Of a DNA stretch of 64,000 nt, positions 30,271-41,085 are shown one piece after another. This DNA comes from Gemmatimonadota bacterium (GTDB taxonomy: Bacteria > Gemmatimonadota > Gemmatimonadetes > Gemmatimonadales > Gemmatimonadaceae). The notes beneath the pieces were generated by a model. That model saw nothing but the letters and a program-made list of their open reading frames with translations. It did not search any database and had not been told where the DNA came from. The stretch is from contig JAZJZK010000010.1 in the NCBI GenBank assembly GCA_040389905.1, positions 1 through 64,000 of the forward strand, in the 5' to 3' direction. Positions within the stretch are counted from its first letter, which is position 1. Every line of letters starts with the position of its first letter. The position numbers and the translations under genes are program-made.

Positions 30271-31386
30271 ATGAAAATCGGCGTTCCTAAAGAGATCAAG
30301 ACCAACGAGAACCGCATTGCTCTCGTACCTGCGGGTGCCGAGTCGCTCATCAGCGCGGGCCACTCCGTGCTCATCGAGACCGGCGGTGGCATGGGCAGTG
30401 GTTTCACCGACCAGGACTACACGGCGGTCGGTGCGCAGATCGCGCCCGATGCCGCGACGGTCTGGAAAGACAGCGACATGATCATGAAGGTGAAAGAGCC
30501 GATCAAGGTCGAGTGGCCGCACATGCGGAAGGGTCAGCTCATCTTCACCTATTTCCATTTTGCCGCGGATCAGGTGCTCACGCAGGCGCACCTCGACAGC
30601 GGTGCCGTCTGTGTTGCCTACGAGACGGTCGAAACGGCATCGCGCGAACTCCCGCTGCTGATTCCCATGTCCGAAGTGGCGGGCCGCATGGCAGTGCAGG
30701 AGGGCGCGAAGTACCTCGAGAAGCTCTACGGCGGCCGCGGAGTGCTCCTGGGTGGCGTGCCCGGTGTGGCGCCCGCGAAGGTCGTGATTCTCGGCGGTGG
30801 TATCGTGGGCATCAACGCCGCGAAGATGGCGGCGGGCATGGGTGCCAAGGTCGTCATTCTCGACGTGTCGCTCGATCGTCTTCGCTACCTGAGCGACGTG
30901 ATGCCCGCGAACGTGCAGCTGATTTACTCCAATCGCCACAACATCCTCGAGCAGATCAAGACCGCCGATCTCGTCGTTGGCGGCGTGCTGATCACTGGTG
31001 CGAAGGCGCCGCGGCTCATTCGCCGCGAGGACCTGTCGACGATGCAGCCGGGCTCGGTCATCGTGGACGTCGCAATCGACCAGGGCGGTTGCGTGGAGAC
31101 GATTCACGCGACGACGCACGAGAACCCGACCTACGTCGTGGACGGGGTGATTCACTACGGTGTGGCGAACATGCCGGGCGGCGTGCCGCGCACGTCCACG
31201 CTGGCGCTCACGAATGCCACGCTGCCGTACGCCCTGCAACTGGCGAACAAGGGCTGGAAGCAGGCGCTCAGCGAGAACCCGGCGCTCCTCAAGGGACTGA
31301 ACGTGGTCGATGGGAAGGTGACCTACGCCGGCGTTGCCGAGGCGTTCGGGATGGAGTTCCACGAGCCTGCCGAGTTCGTCTCGTAG
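30271..31386 (+). CDS. ald: Alanine dehydrogenase
   Basis: IGVPKEIK..ENR, PLL.PMSEVAG, DVAIDQGGC, VANMPG.VPRTST. Confidence 0.97.
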   Translation: MKIGVPKEIKTNENRIALVPAGAESLISAGHSVLIETGGGMGSGFTDQDYTAVGAQIAPDAATVWKDSDMIMKVKEPIKVEWPHMRKGQLIFTYFHFAADQVLTQAHLDSGAVCVAYETVETASRELPLLIPMSEVAGRMAVQEGAKYLEKLYGGRGVLLGGVPGVAPAKVVILGGGIVGINAAKMAAGMGAKVVILDVSLDRLRYLSDVMPANVQLIYSNRHNILEQIKTADLVVGGVLITGAKAPRLIRREDLSTMQPGSVIVDVAIDQGGCVETIHATTHENPTYVVDGVIHYGVANMPGGVPRTSTLALTNATLPYALQLANKGWKQALSENPALLKGLNVVDGKVTYAGVAEAFGMEFHEPAEFVS

Positions 31387-31630
31387 CGCGTCGGGGTGTT
31401 GGATTTCGGAGACGACCTGCTGCCTGCGCAGCAGGTCGTTTTTGTTCGGGCGCCGCAATAAAGGCCGAGCCCGCTTGGCATTCGGGTTCTTCGCCTTTCC
31501 GGCGTCGGCCGTATGTTGTTCCCTGACAATAGCTTGCACCGCCAAGCCTCAGAGGGTACTATTCGTCGCCCCAAACAACTCAAAACGGCTCGTTCCGTGC
31601 ACTGAGCACGGACACCTGAACACTGGATAG

Positions 31631-32671
31631 ATGCGCTGGCCCTCAATCTTCAAGCCGGGAAGTCTTTTCCCCGCGAACGCGATCGGTGTGGACCTCGGTA
31701 CGGCCAATACGCTCATCTACGTGAAGGGCGAAGGCATCGTCCTGAACGAGCCCTCAGTCGTCGCGCTCGATCGCGAGACGAAGCAGATCAAGGGCGTTGG
31801 GCTCGAAGCGAAGCGCATGCTCGGGCGAACTCCCGAGGGCGTCATCGCGGTGCGACCGATGAAGGACGGCGTGATCGCCGACTTCGACGTCACCGAGAAG
31901 ATGCTGCGCTACTTCCTCAAGCTCATCATCGATAACCACGTCTTCAAGGTGAAGCCGCGCGTCATCGTCTGCGTGCCGAGTGGCATCACGGAAGTGGAGC
32001 GACGCGCGGTGCGCGACTCTGCGTTAGGTGCGGGTGCGAAAGAAGTGTTCATGGTCGCGGAGCCGATGGCTGCGGCGATTGGCGTCGGTCTCCCTGTGGA
32101 AACGCCCACTGGCAACATGGTGATCGACATCGGCGGAGGCACGACCGAGATCGCTGTAATCGCGCTATCGGGCATTGTGAGCGACACATCGATTCGCACG
32201 GGCGGCGACGAGCTCGACATGTCGATCGTGCAATTCATGCGCAAGAACTACAACCTGCTCATCGGCGAACCGACCGCCGAGCAGATCAAGATCCAGATCG
32301 GGAGTGCGGCGCCGATTGGAGATGAGCGCGAGATGGAAGTGAAGGGCCGTGATCTCGTCAGTGGAATTCCCAAGACGGTGCGCGTGCATTCGAGTGAAAT
32401 CCGCGAAGCGGTGCAGGAGCCGATTCAGCAGATCGTCGATGCCGTACGTCGCGCACTCGAGATCACGCCTCCCGAACTCGCCAGCGATATCGTCGACCGC
32501 GGCATCGTCATGACGGGCGGCGGTGCGCTGATTCGCGGTCTCGATTTGCTGCTCAGCCAGGAGACGGGACTTCCGATCCACGTTGACGAGGATCCCCTGA
32601 CCTGTGTCGTTCGCGGGACGGGGCGCATCCTCGATGACGAGGAGAAGTACTGGTCGGTTCTCACCACCTGA
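31631..32671 (+). CDS. mreB: Rod shape-determining protein MreB
   Basis: [29 protein letters not shown]. Confidence 0.98.
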   Translation: MRWPSIFKPGSLFPANAIGVDLGTANTLIYVKGEGIVLNEPSVVALDRETKQIKGVGLEAKRMLGRTPEGVIAVRPMKDGVIADFDVTEKMLRYFLKLIIDNHVFKVKPRVIVCVPSGITEVERRAVRDSALGAGAKEVFMVAEPMAAAIGVGLPVETPTGNMVIDIGGGTTEIAVIALSGIVSDTSIRTGGDELDMSIVQFMRKNYNLLIGEPTAEQIKIQIGSAAPIGDEREMEVKGRDLVSGIPKTVRVHSSEIREAVQEPIQQIVDAVRRALEITPPELASDIVDRGIVMTGGGALIRGLDLLLSQETGLPIHVDEDPLTCVVRGTGRILDDEEKYWSVLTT

Positions 32672-32679
32672 GGCGCCAC

Positions 32680-33864
32680 GTGGCGCGAGCACCTCGACTT
32701 ACCGCACGTGTCGACATCGTCCTCTTCGGCGCATGTGTTCTCTTTTCGATCGTCGCGATGGTGTTACCGCCGAACCTGCGGGAACCACTCGCCGCTGGAC
32801 TGCGTCGATCACTCGTTGCCCCACTGATCAAGTTGCAGCGCGGCGCTGAGCGCTGGCGCTCGGCCTACCTGAGCTCTGAGCGCGTGGAGTTGCGACGCGA
32901 CACGCTCGCGCTGGCTGCCGCGCGTGTGCCGACGCTCGAAACGGAGAACGAGCAACTGCGCCGGCTCCTCGGCCTCGGCGGGAAATTGCAGTGGGGCTTC
33001 ATTCCGGCCGAAGCGCTGCAGGGCCGAGGTCGCGCTGAGGATTTCACGATCATGCTGAGTGCGGGCTCGAAGGCCGGCGTGCGCGAGCGCAGCCTCGTCG
33101 TCGCGCCCGAAGGCGTCGTCGGTGTGGTCCAGACCGTCGATCCCACCATGAGCCTCGCCATTCTGTTTGCACATCCGGATTTTCGTGTGAGCGCGATGTC
33201 GGCGAATGACAGCGCCTTCGGGATCGTGCAGCCGCACATTGCGGGCGGCGGTGGTGCGCGAGAGGAGGCCTTCCTGCGATCTGAGCGCTACCTGCTCGAG
33301 ATGCGCGGCGTCCCGTTCCGTGCGACGATGAAGCCGGGCGCCATCGTGTATAGCTCGGGACTCGGCGGCGTGATGCCAAAGGGAATTCCCGTCGGCGTCG
33401 TGCTCTCGGAGATCAAGACGAGCGAGGCATGGGCGCGCACCTACCTGCTTCGTCCTGCGGTGAATCCGTCTGCCCTGACGGCCGTCATGATTTTGACGCC
33501 GGAGCGCGCGGCGGCGGGGCTCGTCAACGTGTGGGCCGACGTTGGTGCGGTCGATTCCGCGACGAAGAGTATCATGGCGGCAGGCGATTCCCTCAATCAG
33601 CAAGCGTTGGCGCGCGCCGCGGCGACGCGTCGCGCGGCGATCGATTCGTCGGCGAAGCTGATGGTGGATTCACTGCGTCGCGATTCAACCACGCGGTCCA
33701 CGCAACCACCGCCGGTCGTTCCCATGGATTCCGCGACCCGTGCGCGTTTTGTCCGTGACAGCGTCGCCGCGGCGCGTGCTCGACGGGCGCGGCGCGACAG
33801 CATTCGTGCGGCACGGGCCGCGGATTCCATCAGGCGGATTACGACGCCGGGAGTCAGTCCATGA
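32680..33864 (+). CDS. mreC: Rod shape-determining protein MreC
   Basis: N-terminal TM, coiled coil EN..LR.LL, SGLGG..PKGIPVG; operon position. Confidence 0.9.
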   Translation: MARAPRLTARVDIVLFGACVLFSIVAMVLPPNLREPLAAGLRRSLVAPLIKLQRGAERWRSAYLSSERVELRRDTLALAAARVPTLETENEQLRRLLGLGGKLQWGFIPAEALQGRGRAEDFTIMLSAGSKAGVRERSLVVAPEGVVGVVQTVDPTMSLAILFAHPDFRVSAMSANDSAFGIVQPHIAGGGGAREEAFLRSERYLLEMRGVPFRATMKPGAIVYSSGLGGVMPKGIPVGVVLSEIKTSEAWARTYLLRPAVNPSALTAVMILTPERAAAGLVNVWADVGAVDSATKSIMAAGDSLNQQALARAAATRRAAIDSSAKLMVDSLRRDSTTRSTQPPPVVPMDSATRARFVRDSVAAARARRARRDSIRAARAADSIRRITTPGVSP

Positions 33865-34349
33865 ACTGGGGAGCGACGGTCCGCACGATTCTCCTGTGCG
33901 CGGTACTGATCCTGCTGCACTACTCGCTTCGGCCGTTGCTGGCGTGGCGTGCGTCACCTGATTTCCTCATCATCGCGCTGTTGCTGGCGTCCGTTCGCGT
34001 GCGCCCCGGCGTCGCGGCCGTTTTCGGCTTCATCATCGGACTGGCATCGGATTCGCTCGCACTCGCCACGTTCGGCGCGGGCGCACTGGCAATGACGCTC
34101 ATCGGCTTTGGTTGGTCGCGGCTCAAAGCGGTCTTCTTTGCCGACCACGTGTTGCTCAACGGCTTTTTCCTGTTCCTGGGCAAGTGGGCATATGAAGTGG
34201 TGATGAACCTCGTGGTGCGGCGCGAGCACGGAACGGAACTCGTGATGCAGATTCTCGTGTGGTCATCGCTGTCGGCTGCCGTGACCGCGGTGGCGGGCGT
34301 GTTGGCGCTCATGGCGCTCCGACCCGTTCTCGAGACACGCGGCGCATGA
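33861..34349 (+). CDS. mreD: Rod shape-determining protein MreD
   Basis: Hydrophobic protein with PD and GF..GL..D motifs, between mreC and mrdA. Confidence 0.85.
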   Translation: MNWGATVRTILLCAVLILLHYSLRPLLAWRASPDFLIIALLLASVRVRPGVAAVFGFIIGLASDSLALATFGAGALAMTLIGFGWSRLKAVFFADHVLLNGFFLFLGKWAYEVVMNLVVRREHGTELVMQILVWSSLSAAVTAVAGVLALMALRPVLETRGA

Positions 34350-36124
34350 GCTTTCATCCGAACGACATTCTGCGACGGGGACGCGCGGCCAACGTCATTG
34401 TGGCGGGCGTGCTGCTCTTTCTGCTGGGGGCGTTCTTTCGCAGCCAGGTGCTGAACTACCAGAAGTATGCGCTGCAGTCGGAGACCAATCGGTTGCGCGA
34501 ATTGCCGCTGCCTGCCGCGCGCGGAATCATTTATGATCGCAAGGGAAAGATCATCGCCGACAATGTGATCGGCTATTCCGTTTCCGTGCTCGCGCAGAAG
34601 GAAGACACGCTTCGTGCGGTACTCCAGCGCCTGAGCGGGACGATCAACATCACCGCACCGCAGATCGAGCAGTCGGTGCGACGCTTCCGGCGTGCGCCCA
34701 CTCGGCCCACGGTGATCATTCCGGACGCGTCGTTCGATGTGGTGAGCGTGCTGGAAGAGCACCGCACGCAGTTCCCTGGCCTGATCATTCAGAGCGCCCC
34801 GCGTCGGTACTACCCGGATGGCGCCATCGTCGCGCCGTTCGTCGGCTATGTCGGTGAGGTGAGCGAGAACGAGCTCGCGCAGACTGCGTTTGCGGAGTAC
34901 AAGGCCGGGCAGCAGGTGGGCAAGCAGGGCCTCGAGAAGCAGTACGAGGCGCTGCTGCACGGAAAGGAAGGCAGCCAGTTCGTCGAGGTTGACGCACGCG
35001 GGCGCATCGTGAAGACGGCCGGCGCACGCCAGGACCTCATGCCGGTGCAGGGCCCGGAGATGCGGACGAACATCGACATGGACCTCCAGCGGTTCGTCGC
35101 CGGAATTTTCGGAGATTCGCTGCAAGGCGGCGCCGTCGCGATCGATCCCAACACGGGCGGTGTGCTCGCGCTGTACAGCGCGCCGAGTTACGACGCCAAC
35201 CGCTTCATTGGCGGGATCCCGCTGCAGTATTGGGACTCACTGCGTGCCGATCCGCGGAAGCCGCTGTACAACAAGGCGCTGCAGGGTCAGTATCCACCCG
35301 GCTCGACGTGGAAGCTCGCCACCACGGCGATCGGCCTGGAGACCGGCGAAGTGAAAATGACCGACCACATGCCGACCGCGTGTACCGGCGGCATGCAGTA
35401 TGGCTCGCGGTACTTCAAGTGTTGGGACAAGCGCGGTCACGGTTCACTCGATCTCAAGGGCGCGATCGCGAAGTCCTGCGACGTGTACTTCTATCAACTC
35501 GGGCTGAAACTCGGAATTGCACGTCTCGTCGCCGGTGGCGTTTCGATCGGTTTTCAGAGCAAGGCGGGAATCGATCTTCCGGAGGAGAAGCGCCCGCGCT
35601 TCCCCGAGGGGACCGAATACTTCGATCGCAAGTACGGGAAGGGACAGTGGACCCGCGGGCTCGCGTTGAGTATGGCCATCGGTCAGGGAGACAACTCCCA
35701 GACGATTCTCAACATGGCCAAGTTCTACACGGCGCTGGCAACCGACGGCATGGCGGCGCGCCCGCAGATCGTGAAGGGCACGCCTGATCGTGCGAGGGTC
35801 ATGCAACTGACGCAGGACCAGATCAACGAGATGCGTCAGGCGCTCGTCGGCGTGGTGACGCAGGGCACGGCAGCCGCATCCGCAATCAAGGGCGCGCAGC
35901 TCGCCGGCAAGACGGGTACGGCACAGAGTGGCACGTACGTCAACGGTGTCGAGCAGAACCACGCATGGTTCGTTGGCTTTGCGCCTGCTGACAAGCCGGC
36001 GATCGTCGTCGCGGTCATGATCGAGTTCGGCGGCCACGGAACGCGTGCGGCCCAAATCGCGTCCAAGATCATTGCCGCGTATCTGCATGTCACGCCCATC
36101 ATCGACCTGTCGGTGGACGGCTAG
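34346..36124 (+). CDS. mrdA: Penicillin-binding protein 2
   Basis: RGIIYDRKG, PGSTWK (SxxK), SCD, KTGTAQ. Confidence 0.95.
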   Translation: MSFHPNDILRRGRAANVIVAGVLLFLLGAFFRSQVLNYQKYALQSETNRLRELPLPAARGIIYDRKGKIIADNVIGYSVSVLAQKEDTLRAVLQRLSGTINITAPQIEQSVRRFRRAPTRPTVIIPDASFDVVSVLEEHRTQFPGLIIQSAPRRYYPDGAIVAPFVGYVGEVSENELAQTAFAEYKAGQQVGKQGLEKQYEALLHGKEGSQFVEVDARGRIVKTAGARQDLMPVQGPEMRTNIDMDLQRFVAGIFGDSLQGGAVAIDPNTGGVLALYSAPSYDANRFIGGIPLQYWDSLRADPRKPLYNKALQGQYPPGSTWKLATTAIGLETGEVKMTDHMPTACTGGMQYGSRYFKCWDKRGHGSLDLKGAIAKSCDVYFYQLGLKLGIARLVAGGVSIGFQSKAGIDLPEEKRPRFPEGTEYFDRKYGKGQWTRGLALSMAIGQGDNSQTILNMAKFYTALATDGMAARPQIVKGTPDRARVMQLTQDQINEMRQALVGVVTQGTAAASAIKGAQLAGKTGTAQSGTYVNGVEQNHAWFVGFAPADKPAIVVAVMIEFGGHGTRAAQIASKIIAAYLHVTPIIDLSVDG

Positions 36125-37378
36125 ATGCCCGTTCGCCGCTTTCCGATCGATTGGCCGCTCGTCAGCGTCGCGCTCTTACTGTCGCTCTATGGCATTGCGG
36201 TGGTGTATTCCGCGGGCCAGACCGACGTCCTGACGGGTGTTGCGAAGCTGTGGAAGAGCCAGGTGATCTGGTTCGCACTCTCGCTTGGTGCCGCGTACGG
36301 AGTGAGTCGGTTTTCGGTAAGGCTACTCGATTGGCTCACGTGGCCCATGTACGCGCTGACGATCGCGATGCTGGTGCTGCTGCTCTTCGTCGGCAAGGGC
36401 GCAGGAACGGCCGCGAGCACGAAAAGCTGGCTCGTGATCGGCGGATTTCGTGTGGGCCAACCCTCGGAACTCGCGAAGATCACCGTGGTGCTCGCGCTCG
36501 CCAAGGTGCTCTCGACCTTCAAGGAGCCACCGCGGTCGTTGATGGAACTATGGAAGCCGGCACTCGTCGTCGGCGTTCCGTGGGCGTTGATCATGAAACA
36601 GCCCGATCTCGGCACGGGCATCGTCTTCGTCGGATTCGCCTTCGCCATGTTGTTCTGGGCTGGCGTCTCGTGGCCACTGCTCGTGCTGGTGGCGAGTCCG
36701 GTGGTCAGCCTCATCCTCGCGTTCAACACGAGTATCTGGGGTGCGTGGTTCCTGTTGCTCGTGGCGTTGGTGCTCTGGTACAAGCCCTACATGTACGAGG
36801 GCATCTTCCTCGTGGTGATGAACGTCGTATTTGGCGTGGTCTCTCGACAACTCTGGGAAACACTCGCGCCCTATCAGCAAAAGCGATTGCTGGTGTTCAT
36901 CAATCCGAACATCGATCCGCGTCAAGCCGGCTATCACGTGCTTCAGTCGCAGACTGCGATCGGCTCCGGCGGATGGCTCGGCAAAGGGTTTACTCTGGGC
37001 AGCCAGAAGCGTCTCGCGTTTCTTCCGGCGCAGCACACCGACTTCATCTGGGCCGTTGTCGGCGAGGAGCTCGGCTTCATTGGCGTGACGCTCGGCATTG
37101 CGCTGTTCGCATTGCTCTTCCTTCGTGTCACGAAGATCTCCGAGCGGGCCAACGATTCGTACAGCAGCCTGGTCGCGTTCGGCCTGCTGGCCAGCTGGTT
37201 CGTGCATGTGGTCGAGAACATGGGCATGACGCTCAACCTGATGCCCATTACCGGCATTCCGCTTCCGTTCTTCAGCTACGGTGGCAGCTTCATGCTGGCG
37301 AGCTGGATTGCGATTGGCATCCTGCTCCGGATATCGGCCGAGGGGCGCGGTGGCCGAAATGGGCCGTTCGCCATCTGA
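36125..37378 (+). CDS. rodA: Rod shape-determining SEDS protein RodA
   Basis: QPSELAK, QPDLGT, AIGSGG, HTDFI, GIPLPFFSYGGS. Confidence 0.95.
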   Translation: MPVRRFPIDWPLVSVALLLSLYGIAVVYSAGQTDVLTGVAKLWKSQVIWFALSLGAAYGVSRFSVRLLDWLTWPMYALTIAMLVLLLFVGKGAGTAASTKSWLVIGGFRVGQPSELAKITVVLALAKVLSTFKEPPRSLMELWKPALVVGVPWALIMKQPDLGTGIVFVGFAFAMLFWAGVSWPLLVLVASPVVSLILAFNTSIWGAWFLLLVALVLWYKPYMYEGIFLVVMNVVFGVVSRQLWETLAPYQQKRLLVFINPNIDPRQAGYHVLQSQTAIGSGGWLGKGFTLGSQKRLAFLPAQHTDFIWAVVGEELGFIGVTLGIALFALLFLRVTKISERANDSYSSLVAFGLLASWFVHVVENMGMTLNLMPITGIPLPFFSYGGSFMLASWIAIGILLRISAEGRGGRNGPFAI

Positions 37379-37429
37379 TCACGCGAGGGTTATCGAACCC
37401 TCGCTGGCCCCAAAGACGAAGGGTGATCT

Positions 37430-37598
37430 GCGGATTCGACGGATTGAGCGGATTTTTCGGGATGCCTCTCCATCGCGAGGCGCGTCCCGTCGACATCAAG
37501 AATCCTATTCTTGAGTTTCGAAGGTCGAAGTTTGGTGCGTCGATACGTGATGTGACTCGGAGTCAATCGGTCAAATCCGTTGAATCCGTGAAATCCGC
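37430..37598. repeat. Inverted-repeat element with 9-bp-periodic CGGATT/AATCCG units
   Basis: GCGGATTCGACGGATTGAGCGGATT ... AATCCGTTGAATCCGTGAAATCCGC. Confidence 0.75.
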
Positions 37599-37738
37599 TC
37601 CTCCCCTCGTGCGCTGTTGCATGGTCACGCGAAGAGTCTCTCCAAGGCGTGACGCGAGCATCGGACGCCAGTCAGTAGGGATCAATCGACTCCAGTCAAT
37701 CCCTTGCCCACATCCGTGACCTCGGTCACATTGTCCTG

Positions 37739-38602
37739 ATGGCATGGTTCCGTAAGGAGAAGAAGCCGCGACAGCCTCGGCGAGAGCGTCTCGAAATTCC
37801 CGCCGACGTTTGGGAGAAGTGTGAAGCGTGTGGACACACGGATATCCGTGAAAAGTTCATTCGCAATTTCAACGTCTGCCCGAACTGCGACTATCATCGC
37901 CGCATCCGTGCGAATGATTACTGCAACATCCTCCTCGACGAAGGGTCGATGGAGGAGTTGGAGCTCGACATTCGCTCCACGGACCCACTCGGATTCCCCG
38001 AATATCCTGGGCGGCTGAAAAAGGCGACCACCAATGCCGGCGACGGTGATGCGCTGCTTGCCGCCACGGGGACGATCGAAGACTTACCGGTGAACCTCGG
38101 GGTCATGGACTTCGCCTTCATGGGCGGCTCCATGGGCTCGGTGGTGGGCGAGAAGATCGCGCGACTCGGCCAGCGTTCGCTCGAGCGCAAGCATCCGCTC
38201 ATCGTCATCTGCGCGTCGGGCGGCGCCCGCATGCAGGAGGGTGTGCTGTCACTGATGCAGATGGCGAAGGTGAGCGCAGTCCTCGCGCAACTCGCAGAGC
38301 GCCGAATTCCGTACATCGCCATCCTGACGAATCCGACGACGGGTGGTGTGAGCGCCAGTTACGCCATGTTGGGAGACGCCATCGTGGCGGAACCTGGCGC
38401 CGTGATCGGATTCGCGGGGCCACGCGTCATCAAGCAGACCTTGGGGCAGGACCTCCCCGAGGGATTCCAGACGGCGGAGTTTCTGCTCGACCACGGCATG
38501 CTCGACCAGGTGGCGCACCGCAAGGATCTGAAGCACCTGATCAGCCAACTGCTGCGCCACATGAGTGGCAAGCCGTCGGCGACGGGGTGGACATCGCCCT
38601 GA
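37739..38602 (+). CDS. accD: Acetyl-CoA carboxylase carboxyltransferase beta subunit
   Basis: C4 zinc finger, FMGGSMGSVVGEK, SGGARMQEG, PTTGGVSAS. Confidence 0.97.
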   Translation: MAWFRKEKKPRQPRRERLEIPADVWEKCEACGHTDIREKFIRNFNVCPNCDYHRRIRANDYCNILLDEGSMEELELDIRSTDPLGFPEYPGRLKKATTNAGDGDALLAATGTIEDLPVNLGVMDFAFMGGSMGSVVGEKIARLGQRSLERKHPLIVICASGGARMQEGVLSLMQMAKVSAVLAQLAERRIPYIAILTNPTTGGVSASYAMLGDAIVAEPGAVIGFAGPRVIKQTLGQDLPEGFQTAEFLLDHGMLDQVAHRKDLKHLISQLLRHMSGKPSATGWTSP

Positions 38603-39876
38603 CGGGCTACAAGGAGTCGCTCGACTACCTCTTCGCGCGAACGACCGGGGCATTCAAGTTCGGTCTCGAGCGGACGCGTGCATTGCTCGACGCGCTGGAT
38701 CAGCCGCATCTGGCCTATCCGGTGCTGCACATCGCCGGAACGAACGGGAAGGGCAGTTCCGTGGCCACGGCGGCCGCGCTGCTCCGCGCGAAGGGCCTTC
38801 GGGTCGCTCGTTACACGTCGCCGCACCTGGTCGATTTCCGAGAACGCATTGCCGTCGATGATCTTCTCATTCCAGCCGATGAGATCGTCGCATTCATCGC
38901 TGAGTACACGCCGCTTATCGAACGGCTCGGTGCCTCGTTCTTCGAGGCGACGACGGCGCTGGCCTTTCGGCATTTCGCGCGCGAGGGCGTCGACGTTGCG
39001 CTGATCGAGGCAGGTCTCGGTGGACGCCTCGACTCGACGAATGTCGTGGTACCTCGCGCGGCTGGCGTCACGTCCATCGGGTACGATCACATGGAGTATC
39101 TCGGCCCGACGCTCGAGACGATCGCGGCCGAGAAGGCAGGGATCTTCAAGGCAGGCGTTCCCGCGGTCATTGGCGAGCCGGACACGCGCGTGCGTGAGTG
39201 GCTTGCCGAAGGGGCACGGCGCGCCGGCGCGTCGTCCGTGCGCATCGCGCAGGAGGAAATGCACGCGAGCGACGTCGAGATCAGTGCGCGAGGCACGCGC
39301 TTCCGACTCGAGGCGCTCGGCGATTCTCGAATCATCGAGACGCCGCTGGTCGGGCATCACCAGGCGGCGAACTTCGCCTTTACGCTGGCGCTATTGGATG
39401 CTGCCGGCGACCCCTTTCGCGTCTCGCTGGCGGAAGCAGAGCACGCCGTGTCGGCCGTTCGGCTGCCGGGCCGATTTCAGCGCGTTGGGAGATGGATCTT
39501 CGACGTTGCACACAACGCCGACGGGATCCGGACGCTGGCGGGCAGCCTCGCCTCGGTGGAAATCGAGAGACCGCTCGTCGCATTGCTGTGCGTGCTCGGG
39601 GACAAGGAGTGGAAGGCGATGATCGACACGCTTGCCCCGTCGGTGGACGCATTCATCCTCACCGATGCGCCGACCGCGCCACGATCTCGCGCGTGGGTCC
39701 TCGCCGACGCACTCGCGCATGCGCAATCGCTCGGCGTGCGAGCCGAGGCGCTCGCGGATTTCGACGAGGCCTTACGTCGCGCGGAACACCTTGGCGGGAC
39801 GTTGCTGGTGACAGGCTCGTTCCACACCGTCGGCGATGCGATGTCGCGGTTGCAGGTGTCTTCGCTCTCCGGCTAA
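38587..39876 (+). CDS. folC: Folylpolyglutamate synthase/dihydrofolate synthase
   Basis: HIAGTNGKGS, YTSPHL, EAGLGGRLDSTN, DVAHN, VTGSF. Confidence 0.95.
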   Translation: MDIALTGYKESLDYLFARTTGAFKFGLERTRALLDALDQPHLAYPVLHIAGTNGKGSSVATAAALLRAKGLRVARYTSPHLVDFRERIAVDDLLIPADEIVAFIAEYTPLIERLGASFFEATTALAFRHFAREGVDVALIEAGLGGRLDSTNVVVPRAAGVTSIGYDHMEYLGPTLETIAAEKAGIFKAGVPAVIGEPDTRVREWLAEGARRAGASSVRIAQEEMHASDVEISARGTRFRLEALGDSRIIETPLVGHHQAANFAFTLALLDAAGDPFRVSLAEAEHAVSAVRLPGRFQRVGRWIFDVAHNADGIRTLAGSLASVEIERPLVALLCVLGDKEWKAMIDTLAPSVDAFILTDAPTAPRSRAWVLADALAHAQSLGVRAEALADFDEALRRAEHLGGTLLVTGSFHTVGDAMSRLQVSSLSG

Positions 39877-39885
39877 CTTTCGAAG

Positions 39886-41085
39886 ATGTTCAAAGGCGCC
39901 CTTCCAGGCTTTCGCGATTTCTATCCTCAGGAGCTTGCCGAGCGCGCGTTCATCATGAACACGTGGCGTGAGGTGGCGCGCCGTTACGCCTTCGTCGAGT
40001 ACGATGGCCCTCCGCTGGAGCCGCTCGATCTGTACACGAAGAAGAGTGGCGACGAGATCGTCGGGCAACTCTACAACTTCGTCGACAAGGGGGGGCGCGA
40101 CGTCGCATTACGCCCGGAGATGACGCCGACTGTTGCGCGGATGGTCGCGGCGCGTGCCAATGCGCTGCGCAAACCGGTGCGCTGGTTTTCGATGCCCCAG
40201 CTGTTCCGGTACGAGCGCCAACAGAAGGGCCGGCTGCGTGAGCACTACCAGCTCAATGTCGACATTTTCGGGTCGTCCGACGTCGCGGCAGACGCCGAAC
40301 TCGTCGCGTGCGCGGTGGACATGATGCGCGCATTCGGACTGACGTCGGCCGACGTCGTCGTTCGCGTGTCCGATCGTCGCATTCTGCAGTCGTTTCTTGC
40401 GTCGTACGGAATTGCCGACGGCGCAATGGCGGAGGTCTATCAGATCATCGACAAGCTCGAGCGGACGCCGCGCGATGTCTCCGGTGAGAAGCTCGCGGCG
40501 CTTGGTGTCTCGGCCGAGGCGATCGAGCGCATCGTCACGATCGCCGACGTGGAATTCGACGAGTTGCGGGAGCGTACAGGCCCGACCCAGGAAGTGCTGG
40601 AGTTCGATCGCTTTCGGCGCTATGTCCCCGCGCTCCTCGGTGGAGACGCCTCGTGGCTCAGGCTCGACCTGTCGATTGTGCGCGGATTGGCGTATTACAC
40701 GGGTATCGTCTTCGAGCTGTTCGACCGGTCGGGCGAGTTTCGCGCGATCTGTGGCGGCGGACGCTACGACACGTTGCTCGACTCACTCGGCGGGACGGAC
40801 ATGCCTGCGCTCGGATTTGGCATGGGTGATGTCGTTCTGGGCGAACTGCTGCGCGCGAAGGGTTTGATGACGCCTCCGGATTCGGCGGCGGACTACTGGA
40901 TTGCGGCGGATGAGGCGACCCCACTCGAACGCGTGCTGACGGAGGTCTCGCGACTTCGTGGCACGGGGCGTTCCGTGGAATACGCACTTCGCGCGCAGTC
41001 CCTGAACAAGCAGAAGAAAGCGGCGCAAGTCAGCGGCGCAAAGGAATTCGTGACACTCTCGAACGACGACGCATCGAATGGCTGA
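39886..41085 (+). CDS. hisS: Histidine--tRNA ligase
   Basis: [34 protein letters not shown]. Confidence 0.96.
   Translation: MFKGALPGFRDFYPQELAERAFIMNTWREVARRYAFVEYDGPPLEPLDLYTKKSGDEIVGQLYNFVDKGGRDVALRPEMTPTVARMVAARANALRKPVRWFSMPQLFRYERQQKGRLREHYQLNVDIFGSSDVAADAELVACAVDMMRAFGLTSADVVVRVSDRRILQSFLASYGIADGAMAEVYQIIDKLERTPRDVSGEKLAALGVSAEAIERIVTIADVEFDELRERTGPTQEVLEFDRFRRYVPALLGGDASWLRLDLSIVRGLAYYTGIVFELFDRSGEFRAICGGGRYDTLLDSLGGTDMPALGFGMGDVVLGELLRAKGLMTPPDSAADYWIAADEATPLERVLTEVSRLRGTGRSVEYALRAQSLNKQKKAAQVSGAKEFVTLSNDDASNG

Noticed and set aside
36151..37719. 522-aa ORF overlapping rodA and the 37430 repeat
   Set aside because: Alternative frame of rodA with read-through into non-coding repeat
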